A DNA stretch of 59,113 bases, counting the filler, from Stramenopiles sp. TOSAG23-3 (lineage: Eukaryota): the NCBI GenBank assembly GCA_900128585.1. It is 6 parts of 6 records of this genome, joined end to end, with 100 filler letters (N's around TTAATTAATTAA, not from the genome) between each part and the next. Parts side by side here need not be neighbours in the genome. Positions count along the whole stretch, not along the records: positions 35,526 to 53,145 come from LT642445.1; 5 more parts are not named here. The stretch is one strand, 5' to 3'. Positions within the stretch are counted from its first letter, which is position 1, and each line of letters begins with the position of its first letter. Below the pieces are notes generated by a model. It had not been told where the DNA came from, did no database searches, and worked only from the letters and a program-made list of their open reading frames with translations. Made by a program: the position numbers and the translations under genes. Positions 43,878 through 53,245 of the stretch are shown here, piece after piece.

Positions 43878-46800
43878 TTACTCTGTTTCAAACTTCATCG
43901 AACATTTCAAACGAGTGCCTAGCTGTATGACGATATCCCCACTCGTGCTTGAGCTTCTTTGCGCTTGCTGAATGCCCAGGCGCTTTTCAAATGTTGACAG
44001 GAGGAACATTAATTCAAAAAAGTTGCGCCGTTCCTGGGGCGAGGCTGTCTTTTCAAGAAATTCCCCGACGGTGCCGCTTCCAGCAACCGGGAGACCAACC
44101 AAAGCGTGGGAGTGTCCGGCGGGAGCTGCAGCCTCTTGGATGGCATCGCCCAAACCGTGGGTCCAGTCATAGAAGAGACCGGTGCTCCACTTACCTGCAT
44201 CTTTTCCTTTTCGTTTCAAGGGCACTTGGGTCGTCAAGGCGCGGCTTCCTCTGGCGGTTTTCTCACGACGACTGCTTCTGTCTTCATCATCGTACGCAAA
44301 CGCCTCCAAAAATTCTGAATAGTTTATCTTACCGTCAAAGTCTGAATCGTAACGGTCAATGATAAGCTCTACGTCCATGTCTGTCAATGGAAAACCCAGG
44401 CTTCCCATCGCAGTTTTGAAGTCTTTGGGCCCAATTTTCCCAGTGCCAGATGTGTCAAACCACTCAAACTGCTCGGAAAACTTCACGCCTTCCCGATTCT
44501 TTGCCTGTATCAGTTTCTTCAGGCGCTTTTCGATGGATTTGATATCGCCCTTATCCAGTGAAGCGAAACGGCAAAAATCAAGGTACCCGATGCGGCCGTT
44601 GCTGGAGTGGTCGAATTGGTGGAGAAGCCACTTCATCTCTTCGTTTGTCAAGTCCCAGCCCTGCTCATTCGCCACTTGTGCGAAATCTGACTTCGATATT
44701 TCTCCCGAACCCGAGGTATCGTAATCTTTGAACTCGCTGCGCAGATCGAGGTGCCGCCCCTTCTCCTTTGAGTACAACGTTGCACGGGCACGAATTTTAC
44801 GACGAAGTCTTTGGGCCATATCTTGCCTTCCTTTCTCCCTCCCGTGCGGTGAAACTGCTTTGAGGAAGGCTTTGTAGTCGACTTGATCTTTCTCACCATT
44901 GCCGAATTGCTTTGCAAGGGCGTGCACTTGGTCGCGGCTTAAACGATTCAACCCCAGGTCTTTCAATGCGACCACAAAATCTCGGGTTTTGACTGCTCCT
45001 TCCAGGTCCTCGTCGAACGCTTCGAACACTTCTAAGATTTCCATTTCATCCGGCGTTTTCCCCAAAGACTTCACAAAGTCACCTTGGGCTTTTCGCAGCA
45101 ATTTTTGCTCTTTTGTGCCGCCTTTGACTGCCCCGGTGGTGGCTTTCGAAAAGGTGCGCAAAAACTGACGATAGTCGACAGCTTTCTCCTCTCTGTCTTC
45201 GAATTTTCGGCACAAAGCCTTGAACTCGGTATCGGACAGGCCGGCATCTAATTCTGCTCTTATCACCGAGCGAAACCGAGCGGTCGGGATAAACCCAGAC
45301 CCGCTTCCGTCCTCCTCTTCAAAAGCGCTGCGGACGTCATCCAAGTAGCCCCCGTTCGCGCACGTGATGAATGCCTCTTGAACCTTTTTGGAAACTTTAT
45401 CCTGGTCGCGAGCCATGTCCGAGGATGAACTCTCTGAATCTATTCCCATTTCTTCCAAAAACATGTCGTAGTCCACTTCGCGACGGTTTTCTTTGCTGGC
45501 GAATTTTTTTGAAAGGTGGGCTACGTCCCTACTAGAGAGTTCAAAGCCTAAGTCTTTGATGGAGTTTTCGAAGTCCTTCGTGCTTACCACTCCGTCTTTC
45601 CCACCGTTTGATTCTATTGTATCGATAATATCGTTCTCGTTGCCTTTGGCTTTCATCTTTTTTACAGCACGCTTTGCCTTTCTCACAGCACTCCCAGCGT
45701 CATCATCCCTGCTATTAGCGGACTTTTCCCGGCTTCTACTGTCCCTAGAAGAACTCTCTTTGTACCCATGTTTTTCGCAAAATCGAGAAAATTCCCGAAT
45801 ATCTATGCGCCCGTCGTCGTTGACATCAAACGAATCGAACAACCGGTCGTTCTCTTCGCGCGTCAGGTCCACGTCCATATCAGAAAGCGCGTCTTTGAAC
45901 TGACTGCGTTTAATGTAACCCAAATCTTTTGTATCGATCATCTCAAAGATGCTTCGAATACTTCGGGCTTCGCCTTCGCTGACGGCGTCTTTGAACTGGT
46001 CCGCAAGCTTGTCTTCTATATCCTTGATTCCCCGAGAAGCCTTCCCCAACTTACCGAGCTTCCGGCCCGACGCCCTTCTATCCGACTTGCTCTTTCCAAA
46101 GCGCCCCCCACGAGGTTTCGGGCGCTTGTACCCATGCTTTTTGCAAAATGCTAGGAATTCGTCGTAGTCGATTTGACCATCTTCATCAGCGTGCATAAAT
46201 TCGTGCAAAACAGACTTTAAATCGGTTCGTGAAATTCCCATATCAAGATCTTTAGTGATCGCCGTTATGAACTGCCGCTCGCTGATGTGCCCGGCATCGA
46301 TCTCGTCCATTCGTTCAAAAACTTCTTCCAGGTCCAGCATATCGCCATCGCGGACCATGTCTTTGAAACTGTCCGCGATCTTGTCCGCAAATTTCTCTAA
46401 GTCCCTGCCGGAAGCCCGTTTTTTGAACCTGTTGTTAGACGACCGGTTTGATTTTTTATTCCCTTTGGTGTCAGATTCTTCGTCGCTGTCTTCCCTAGAC
46501 CTCCTGGATCGCCTACTTTTGCGCCTGTCGTCCTCGAGATCACTTTCTTCGGAATCGGACGCTCTTTTCTTTTTGTTTGATTTGCTGCTGCTCTCTGTCA
46601 TGGTCAGCTTGTAAAAGTCGTCCACCGAAATTTTCCCCTTGTCATCTTCTAATTCTTCGAGCACTTCTTCCATATCGCTTTTGGTTGCGTTCAGCTTGAC
46701 TGCCTTCAATATGGTTTTCAAATCGCGGGTGGCTATCATTTTGGTTCGTGAATTTTCCTTCCGCTCGATGAACTTGTCCAGCTTGTCCAAGCTCACTTCT

Positions 46801-48470
46801 TCCAAAGCCTCTGCGACCCGTTTCGTCGCTCCAAGGCGCTTTCTACCTTTGCCTGATTTCTTTGGCTTTTTCTTTTTTGCGAAAGCAAGAAATTCGTCCA
46901 ACTCAATCGAACCGCTGCCGTCTTGGTCCAGCTCTTTCTGCAGCGCTCTTACTTGCCGTTTGTCCAGCCCAGCGCCGATGTCTTTCATGGCCTGTTTAAA
47001 CTCCGACGTGGTTATTTTCCCGTTCTGTTTCGTGTCGAACTCTTCAAACACATCTATTAGATCTTCCGTAGAAAATCCCTTAAATATGTTCTGAAGGGCT
47101 TTTGTCTCGGGGTGCTCCATAACGTCGTCCTCATCGTCGTCCGAGCTTGAAGACGCACGTTTCTTCCTGCCCTTGGCTTTGGCCTTCGAGTATCCTCTCG
47201 GCATTTTTTTTGCCTTGCAAAAGGATATGAAATCGTTGTACTTTATCTCCTCCTCGTATTTAGGGTCAAATGCTTCCATTATTTCGTCCACTTCAGACTC
47301 CCTAAGTGCCGGCATTAACCTCCCCAAGATTTTCATAAATTTGATCGATTTGATGTACCCGTCCCCAGTCGAATCTTTGGCCTTAAACTCTTTCAGGACT
47401 TTTCTCTCGTGCAGGTCTTCAAACGCCTTGAAGACTTTCTTTTCAACCTTTTTCGAAATCTGAGAACTGTCGGATTCGTCGTCATCGCTATCCCCATAGC
47501 TTTCTCGGTCCGCATCACCAAAGAAGTAAGAAACAAAGTTTTGGACGCTAATGTACCCAGAGTCATCCATAGCGATACGCTGGACCAGCCTTTTTGCCTC
47601 TGTGTCCATTACCACGATGCCGTATTGCGCTTTTAGCCCTTTGCGCAAGTCTTTCGCGTCGATCTTGTTTTTTTTCCGCCTGTCCATTTTGTTGTAAAAT
47701 TTTCTCAGATTTTTTTCTGTCTTCACAGAATTCTTAATCTTTGATTGCAGTTGCTTTGAGAACTTGTCAATGTCCGTCCCATGCATGCTGCCGCGACGGC
47801 CAACTTTTTTTACGTACTGCGCCGCGGTGTAATTCATAAACTTCTTGTAGTCGATGTATCCTCTCCGGGAGCCTTGGAAGTGTTTTGCAATGGCCTTCAT
47901 AATCTGCTTCGAAAAATCAAACCCCAATTCTTCCAGGCGGCTTTGAAAATCAGACGTTTTTGTGAGCCCGTGGCTGTTGCTTGGAAATCCTTTCTTCATT
48001 TTACGCTTGGCATCTTCCTTCGAGGTGTAAAGCATATGGACCTGCCCCGCGATTTCCTCCTGGACAGTGACGTCTAATTCGTCTTTGTCGGCCTCGTCCT
48101 CGTCGGTGTCCGACAAGTGACGACGACCCTTCGTCTTTTTCTTCTTCTTCTTCGCGAAGCTTCCATCGTCCAGAAGATCTACAAAGTGTGCGACGAACTT
48201 GCTGGGATCGACCCCTTTACCACGATGATCGAACTCTTCTACCAAAACGTCCACTTCCTCCTCGTCCAACTTAATCTTCAGCTTGCCGAGCCCCTTCTCA
48301 AAGTTACTCTGTTCAACGTACTGTTTACCACGCTTCTTTAAGCGTTCGAACACATTCGTCGCGTCCGATTCAAACGTGTCGCTGTCTTCAAATTCTTCCT
48401 CTAAAATTTGCATCACAGTCTCCGACACGCTCTCCATATCAGTAGCTCTCTTTCTTCTGGAACGACTCAT
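43878..48470 (-). CDS. Giant multi-EF-hand calcium-binding protein (1530 aa)
   Basis: More than a dozen DxxxxGxI loops in pairs (DTKQNGKI, DQDGSGSI, DVNDDGRI, DTSGSGEI, DSDFDGKI) separated by S/D/K-rich linkers. Confidence 0.92.
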   Translation of the reverse strand: MSRSRRKRATDMESVSETVMQILEEEFEDSDTFESDATNVFERLKKRGKQYVEQSNFEKGLGKLKIKLDEEEVDVLVEEFDHRGKGVDPSKFVAHFVDLLDDGSFAKKKKKKTKGRRHLSDTDEDEADKDELDVTVQEEIAGQVHMLYTSKEDAKRKMKKGFPSNSHGLTKTSDFQSRLEELGFDFSKQIMKAIAKHFQGSRRGYIDYKKFMNYTAAQYVKKVGRRGSMHGTDIDKFSKQLQSKIKNSVKTEKNLRKFYNKMDRRKKNKIDAKDLRKGLKAQYGIVVMDTEAKRLVQRIAMDDSGYISVQNFVSYFFGDADRESYGDSDDDESDSSQISKKVEKKVFKAFEDLHERKVLKEFKAKDSTGDGYIKSIKFMKILGRLMPALRESEVDEIMEAFDPKYEEEIKYNDFISFCKAKKMPRGYSKAKAKGRKKRASSSSDDDEDDVMEHPETKALQNIFKGFSTEDLIDVFEEFDTKQNGKITTSEFKQAMKDIGAGLDKRQVRALQKELDQDGSGSIELDEFLAFAKKKKPKKSGKGRKRLGATKRVAEALEEVSLDKLDKFIERKENSRTKMIATRDLKTILKAVKLNATKSDMEEVLEELEDDKGKISVDDFYKLTMTESSSKSNKKKRASDSEESDLEDDRRKSRRSRRSREDSDEESDTKGNKKSNRSSNNRFKKRASGRDLEKFADKIADSFKDMVRDGDMLDLEEVFERMDEIDAGHISERQFITAITKDLDMGISRTDLKSVLHEFMHADEDGQIDYDEFLAFCKKHGYKRPKPRGGRFGKSKSDRRASGRKLGKLGKASRGIKDIEDKLADQFKDAVSEGEARSIRSIFEMIDTKDLGYIKRSQFKDALSDMDVDLTREENDRLFDSFDVNDDGRIDIREFSRFCEKHGYKESSSRDSRSREKSANSRDDDAGSAVRKAKRAVKKMKAKGNENDIIDTIESNGGKDGVVSTKDFENSIKDLGFELSSRDVAHLSKKFASKENRREVDYDMFLEEMGIDSESSSSDMARDQDKVSKKVQEAFITCANGGYLDDVRSAFEEEDGSGSGFIPTARFRSVIRAELDAGLSDTEFKALCRKFEDREEKAVDYRQFLRTFSKATTGAVKGGTKEQKLLRKAQGDFVKSLGKTPDEMEILEVFEAFDEDLEGAVKTRDFVVALKDLGLNRLSRDQVHALAKQFGNGEKDQVDYKAFLKAVSPHGREKGRQDMAQRLRRKIRARATLYSKEKGRHLDLRSEFKDYDTSGSGEISKSDFAQVANEQGWDLTNEEMKWLLHQFDHSSNGRIGYLDFCRFASLDKGDIKSIEKRLKKLIQAKNREGVKFSEQFEWFDTSGTGKIGPKDFKTAMGSLGFPLTDMDVELIIDRYDSDFDGKINYSEFLEAFAYDDEDRSSRREKTARGSRALTTQVPLKRKGKDAGKWSTGLFYDWTHGLGDAIQEAAAPAGHSHALVGLPVAGSGTVGEFLEKTASPQERRNFFELMFLLSTFEKRLGIQQAQRSSSTSGDIVIQLGTRLKCSMKFETE

Positions 48471-49833
48471 TCTCGTCGTCCTTCCTTGCTTAAGTTTATT
48501 TCTCGAAACACGGCCTTAATTTTCTTTGGAAACGTTTCCACGCAGCCCTTAACGTTTTGTCTAATTAATTTCGTTTCTCTCACAACTTAATGAATAACTA
48601 TATCGTGAAATATTTGTTTCTCTTTTCCTACTTTTGAACTTGTTACGTTTGATTTATCGATACCGTTTTTTACACGTAGATTTTTGTTAGAAGAAAGAGT
48701 GTCGTTGTTGGTTCGTTGAAAACATTACAGTTTAAATGAGAAGAAGTTTGCTTGGCTTGTCGGTCGTCGCTCGGTCGGTTGAAATGAATTGGATGATAGA
48801 TGATAGATCGATGGGGGTGGTGTTGGTTGTTGTGTTGTTATTTTTTACATAAACATACGACCACCAAATAATAAACGATCAAAATGAAAAGGGAAGAAAG
48901 GGAAAGTAGTAACGGGAGAACGGGAGGGGGGTAGAAGGGAAAATAGTTCAAATATTAATGCTGTGTGTATGTAATTAAAAAGGCAGAATTTTAACGATTT
49001 TTTTTTTTCAATTTTGTTGTTATTACTATACTAAACCCTTTTTCCTATAAAAATAGAATAAAGAAACAATTGATTTTGTAGTTCATATTATTTAGTAGTA
49101 CATCAAAATTGAAATTTTTATAATAATTCCTATGTGATTAATACATTAAATTTTAACTAATTTGATTTAATTTGAAAAATACAAACGGTTCCTATACTAT
49201 ATGCCTGTATTATATTTAATACATATAGAGAGCATCAAAATAACAACAACAACAAAATCAATCCAAAAAAAAAAAAACTCTCTTCTTCTCTCTGGCGTTT
49301 CAAGTGAATGCTGTATCTATGTATTAAATATAGTGGGTGAAATTATTTTTATTTATTTAGCTTCATAACAGAAATAAGGAAAAAATAATTTAAAATCTCT
49401 CTGCTGTTTCTGTTTATATTTTTATTTTAATACTATTTTTATCTTTTAAAATTATAATATTCTATCTCTTCTTTTCTTCTTCTCCTTATTATTATATTAT
49501 ATTATTTTTTTTTTTCGCGATTTTGTTGTTGCTTCTTTTTTTCTTTCTTCTTCTTGCTTATTATAGTCGTAGTAATAATAGTAGACGACGACTCTATTCA
49601 CATTTTATTATTACTTACATTATTATTACTGACCGCGATGTAAAATATTTTTATTATTATTATTCGTTGGCATTTTATTATTAGGACATTTTACAGTTAG
49701 GCATTGTGCGCAGTATAAATATTCAATTACGGAAGAAACCGTCGTGTTTGATAACATTAGCGTGTTTAAAAATTGTAGATAGATATAGACGATTGGAGGT
49801 TGGTAACGGTTGCGAAATTTCGAACGCGTTGGC

Positions 49834-50892
49834 ATGGTCCGGAGGAGGAGGAAAAAGTCGGGTGGAGGGAGGCGAGTGACACAGCAGTGGCAGGTGGAGG
49901 AAAATGCGGCGTACGCACGGGCGTCTAAGAATTTGTACGAGCTGACCATGAACAATCACGTGAGCAACATAAGTTGGTATGATTCGGCGTGCTACGAAGC
50001 GAGAAAGTTGGCCCAGAAAAAGAAATGTGTCAAGATAAGGGCAATCAAAGCTGGGATTGCAAAGGGGAGCAAGGGGGTGTCCGTGATGAACAAGGACGTT
50101 ATAGGACCAATAGATATGAAGAAAACGTCGACCCTCCAACTGCACCATATTTTTGAAGTATCAAAGAAGCACAAATGGATGGTGGACACAGCGAAAAGCG
50201 CAATCAAGACAAAGTTAGACAAGCATGTCGCAGAACGGCTAAAGATAGCGCAGCGCAAAAACCGCGACATGCACCCAGACATACCCGACCTCCCCTTCGC
50301 GATAAAGAATCACGCCACGAGACGGCAGGCCAAGTCCTGGCATTTAACAAACCAGGAGCTGAAGCACCTGGTGAAGACGGCGAAGCCAGCAGTGGACGCC
50401 AAATTAGACAAACACCAAGAGGCTGATTTAGAGAGATCCCTGCAGACAAAAGACTTGCACCCAGAGTTTGATTTTCCGTTGGCCGCAAAAAATTATGCGT
50501 CCAGGCGAGAGGTCACGGGGTGGGACAGATCCGCCAAGAAACTGAAAGAGTTGTGCAGGACCGCCTCCGCGGGGACCATCACGAAGCTGGACAAACATTG
50601 GGAAGCTCGTTTGGACGAGATTAAGGCAAAGGCAAAAAACCCAGACGTTCACCCAGGATTTCCGCAGTTTCCGATGACCATAAAGAACCATGCTAGCCAC
50701 AATGAGGTCGCTGGGTGGGAGTACGATTGGAACAAGCTTCAGCGACTTTGCGACACTGCCACCGTGCAAATAGACAGCAAATGGGATTCAAAGAACATTC
50801 TTATCCCGGACAAGTTCAAGCGACCAGCGAGCAGTCAGAGGAAAAAACCCAAACGCAAGAAGAGGGGGAAAGGCCGTGCAACCGCGCGGTAG
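49834..50892 (+). CDS. Basic protein with three ~63-aa tandem repeats, unknown function
   Basis: TA.....KLDKH....HP....P...KN[HY]A......W repeated three times; first ATG at 49834. Confidence 0.8.
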   Translation: MVRRRRKKSGGGRRVTQQWQVEENAAYARASKNLYELTMNNHVSNISWYDSACYEARKLAQKKKCVKIRAIKAGIAKGSKGVSVMNKDVIGPIDMKKTSTLQLHHIFEVSKKHKWMVDTAKSAIKTKLDKHVAERLKIAQRKNRDMHPDIPDLPFAIKNHATRRQAKSWHLTNQELKHLVKTAKPAVDAKLDKHQEADLERSLQTKDLHPEFDFPLAAKNYASRREVTGWDRSAKKLKELCRTASAGTITKLDKHWEARLDEIKAKAKNPDVHPGFPQFPMTIKNHASHNEVAGWEYDWNKLQRLCDTATVQIDSKWDSKNILIPDKFKRPASSQRKKPKRKKRGKGRATAR

Positions 50893-51067
50893 TTTGGGTG
50901 TACATTTTATGCATATACGTACATGAAAAAAAACAAAATGCATTAATGCGTACTTTTTGATAGATTTATTTTGCATTTTTTTCCCCTATTTTGAGTGGTT
51001 TAACATCAAAAATTGTTGAAACATTTACTTTTAGAAAAGTTATTAGATAAAAACAATTTCAGACAAT

Positions 51068-51438
51068 TAAAAACAAGAAAATTGGCTGTTGTTATTTAAG
51101 TAATTAAAATAATTAATAAAAACTGATGAATTTTAGGCTTTTTTTTATTGTAAAAATTTACTTCGTAATTCGACTCTTACGAATTACCTTTTTATTAAAA
51201 ACAAAAACAAAAAATTGGCTGTTGTTTGAGTAATTAAAATTTAATTCACGCGAAAGTGAATCTGCTCCTTTTGTCCATTAAAGGTTTACGTTCCTTCATA
51301 TACTGCGAACTTATCTCTGACCTTTTTATTAATTCAAGAAAATTGGCTGTTATTTAAGTAATTAAAATTAATGTACTGCGAACTGAAATCTACTAAACAT
51401 TCGATGTTTACATTCCTTCATGTACTGCGAACTTATCT
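51068..51438. repeat. Array of the same dispersed repeat modules
   Basis: Three AAAATTGGCTGTT..AGTAATTAAAAT units and three TACTGCGAACT units. Confidence 0.88.
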
Positions 51439-51589
51439 TTGCTCTTGTGGTTTTACTAATCCTTTTTATTAAAATTTAAACACGAAATAATTGTTTTTAA
51501 AACTTCACCAGAAGCATTGGTAGGCCACACGCTCACACACTGCTTTTAATGTTTTTTGCAAATTTTACCCCGTCGGCGGTTGATCCTGT

Positions 51590-52366
51590 TTAGTTCACCG
51601 TCGCCTTGTACTTTGCGTCGGCCTTCTTCGCCAAGAACTTTTGGTACCCCTCCCTCGAGCCGTACTTTTCAAGCTTTACTTTCCGAACGCTTTCGTCCTC
51701 ATCAAACCCTTTCAGCTTTCCTTTCACCCACTCGTCTAGCTTTTTACGGTATGAAGCAGCCATGGCCGGGGTAACACCAACCTTCTTTGCCACCGCCGAC
51801 TGGGCCTTTGCGATCGCCTGCCCCATCGCCATTTTGACCCACTTGGCCTCCGGGCTGAAGTCCGAAAGGGTCAGGTCTAAGCGCTTGAACAAGTCCCGTT
51901 GGTCGTCTATACTTGCAGAAAAAAATGCATCTCCCAAGACTTCCATGGGCCTACCGCAAAGGTTCATGATGTGCGATGCCCGTTGGTTTATTTGAACGTT
52001 TTCCTTTTGCCCAGCACTGTCGTCGCAGTACATGGACACCCCGTACCAGTTGTTTTCTTTCTTTGCCAGAAGAATAGGTTCCACGGCGACCATTTGCATC
52101 CCCATAAACTGGTCAAGCACCGCTGCTTGTTCCACCACATTAAAGTTTGGGTTTTTCTCCAAAATTTGTTTCACCACACCCTCTCGGTACGCGGCTTGCT
52201 GCTTCTTGCTCGACACCACGGCATTTTTTTTGTAGTGAACTTTGCACTGGTCTGTCAAACACTGGACGATCGTGCTACTATTGTACTCGCAAACAAGCTC
52301 TTGAATCGGGTCCTTTGGGTTCTTTGGTACCAAGACGAACTTGAAGGACTGCTTCGAAGACGACAT
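51590..52366 (-). CDS. Hypothetical protein (258 aa)
   Basis: ATG-started ORF with globular-looking core (VSMYCDD..NQRAS..VLGDAFF). Confidence 0.8.
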   Translation of the reverse strand: MSSSKQSFKFVLVPKNPKDPIQELVCEYNSSTIVQCLTDQCKVHYKKNAVVSSKKQQAAYREGVVKQILEKNPNFNVVEQAAVLDQFMGMQMVAVEPILLAKKENNWYGVSMYCDDSAGQKENVQINQRASHIMNLCGRPMEVLGDAFFSASIDDQRDLFKRLDLTLSDFSPEAKWVKMAMGQAIAKAQSAVAKKVGVTPAMAASYRKKLDEWVKGKLKGFDEDESVRKVKLEKYGSREGYQKFLAKKADAKYKATVN

Positions 52367-52572
52367 AATCCTAGTGGTATATTATTGTTAATAATCCTTT
52401 TCCTTGTACCCGGTATTATTAAACGTTCAACGAATCCAATGCTATTCTTTTTTCTTACTCTTCAGGTTTAGGACGCCCTTTCTTCTTTATTTCTTTAATC
52501 CTTCCCCTTTTCTTGGGTGCGCCGCAACGGGCGGCGGCGGGCCAATCATCATCATCCAAACACTGTCCCTTC

Positions 52573-52732
52573 GGTACTGGTACGGTACGGTATAATACCA
52601 GGTACCGGTACGGGTACAGACCAGGACGGGTACCAGTACAGGTTGGAACCTGGTACCGTACTACCGTCCAGGCAGGTACCAGGTATGGTACAGGTATTAA
52701 TACCAGGTACCAGGTACTGGTATCGTCGTACC
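52573..52732. repeat. GGTAC/GGTACC-rich degenerate repeat cluster
   Basis: Dense ggtac, ccaggtacc and ggtacgg units. Confidence 0.85.
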
Positions 52733-52933
52733 GCAGAGTAGCGGCGACGACGACGACGGCGGCGGCGCGTATCTTTTCCAAAAAAAAACCTTTACAAATA
52801 GAAAAGTATGTACATGTTGTTCCAAAGTAAATTTAGTTTTTTGTTCCTTTTTCCACTTGAAATTCATGATAGTTTCTTTGTCATTGCGAAAGAAAGGACA
52901 TTGTTTTTGTTGGATAAAAGCGTTGTTCATTAT

Positions 52934-53071
52934 TCAATCGCCGGCAGTTGTGGTGGTAGTGGCGTTGCCGTCTTTGAGTTGAGGCATGCGGGCTTTTTTG
53001 TCGGTCCTTTTTCCCTTCGTGGTATCTATATATGCCATCGGTCGTTTTATGTCATTTGACAGTTCAAGGGG
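52934..53071 (-). CDS. 3'-terminal fragment of an unknown gene, cut at a chimeric junction
   Basis: Reads PLELSNDIKRPMAYIDTTKGKRTDKKARMPQLKDGNATTTTTAGD* into an AT-rich spacer. Confidence 0.45.
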   Translation of the reverse strand, partial: PLELSNDIKRPMAYIDTTKGKRTDKKARMPQLKDGNATTTTTAGD

Positions 53072-53145
53072 CGAGTGGGTGAAAGGAAAGCTGAAAGGGT
53101 TTGATGAGGACGAAAGCGTTCGGAAAGTAAAGCTTGAAAAGTACG
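53072..53145. repeat. 74-bp inverted copy of 51661-51734 at contig end
   Basis: Exact reverse complement (encodes EWVKGKLKGFDEDESVRKVKLEKY). Confidence 0.95.
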
Positions 53146-53245
53146 NNNNNNNNNNNNNNNNNNNNNNNNNNNNNNNNNNNNNNNNNNNNTTAATTAATTA
53201 ANNNNNNNNNNNNNNNNNNNNNNNNNNNNNNNNNNNNNNNNNNNN
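53146..53245. other. Artificial contig-joining linker
   Basis: N44-TTAATTAATTAA-N44. Confidence 0.98.

Noticed and set aside
51068-51438. CRISPR array
   Set aside because: Repeats are degenerate, spacers are irregular and themselves repetitive, the context is eukaryotic, and there are no cas genes.
52455-52930. ORFs over the GGTAC cluster
   Set aside because: Repetitive G/T/R/Y/V/P translations of a simple-sequence region in a promoter-side spacer.
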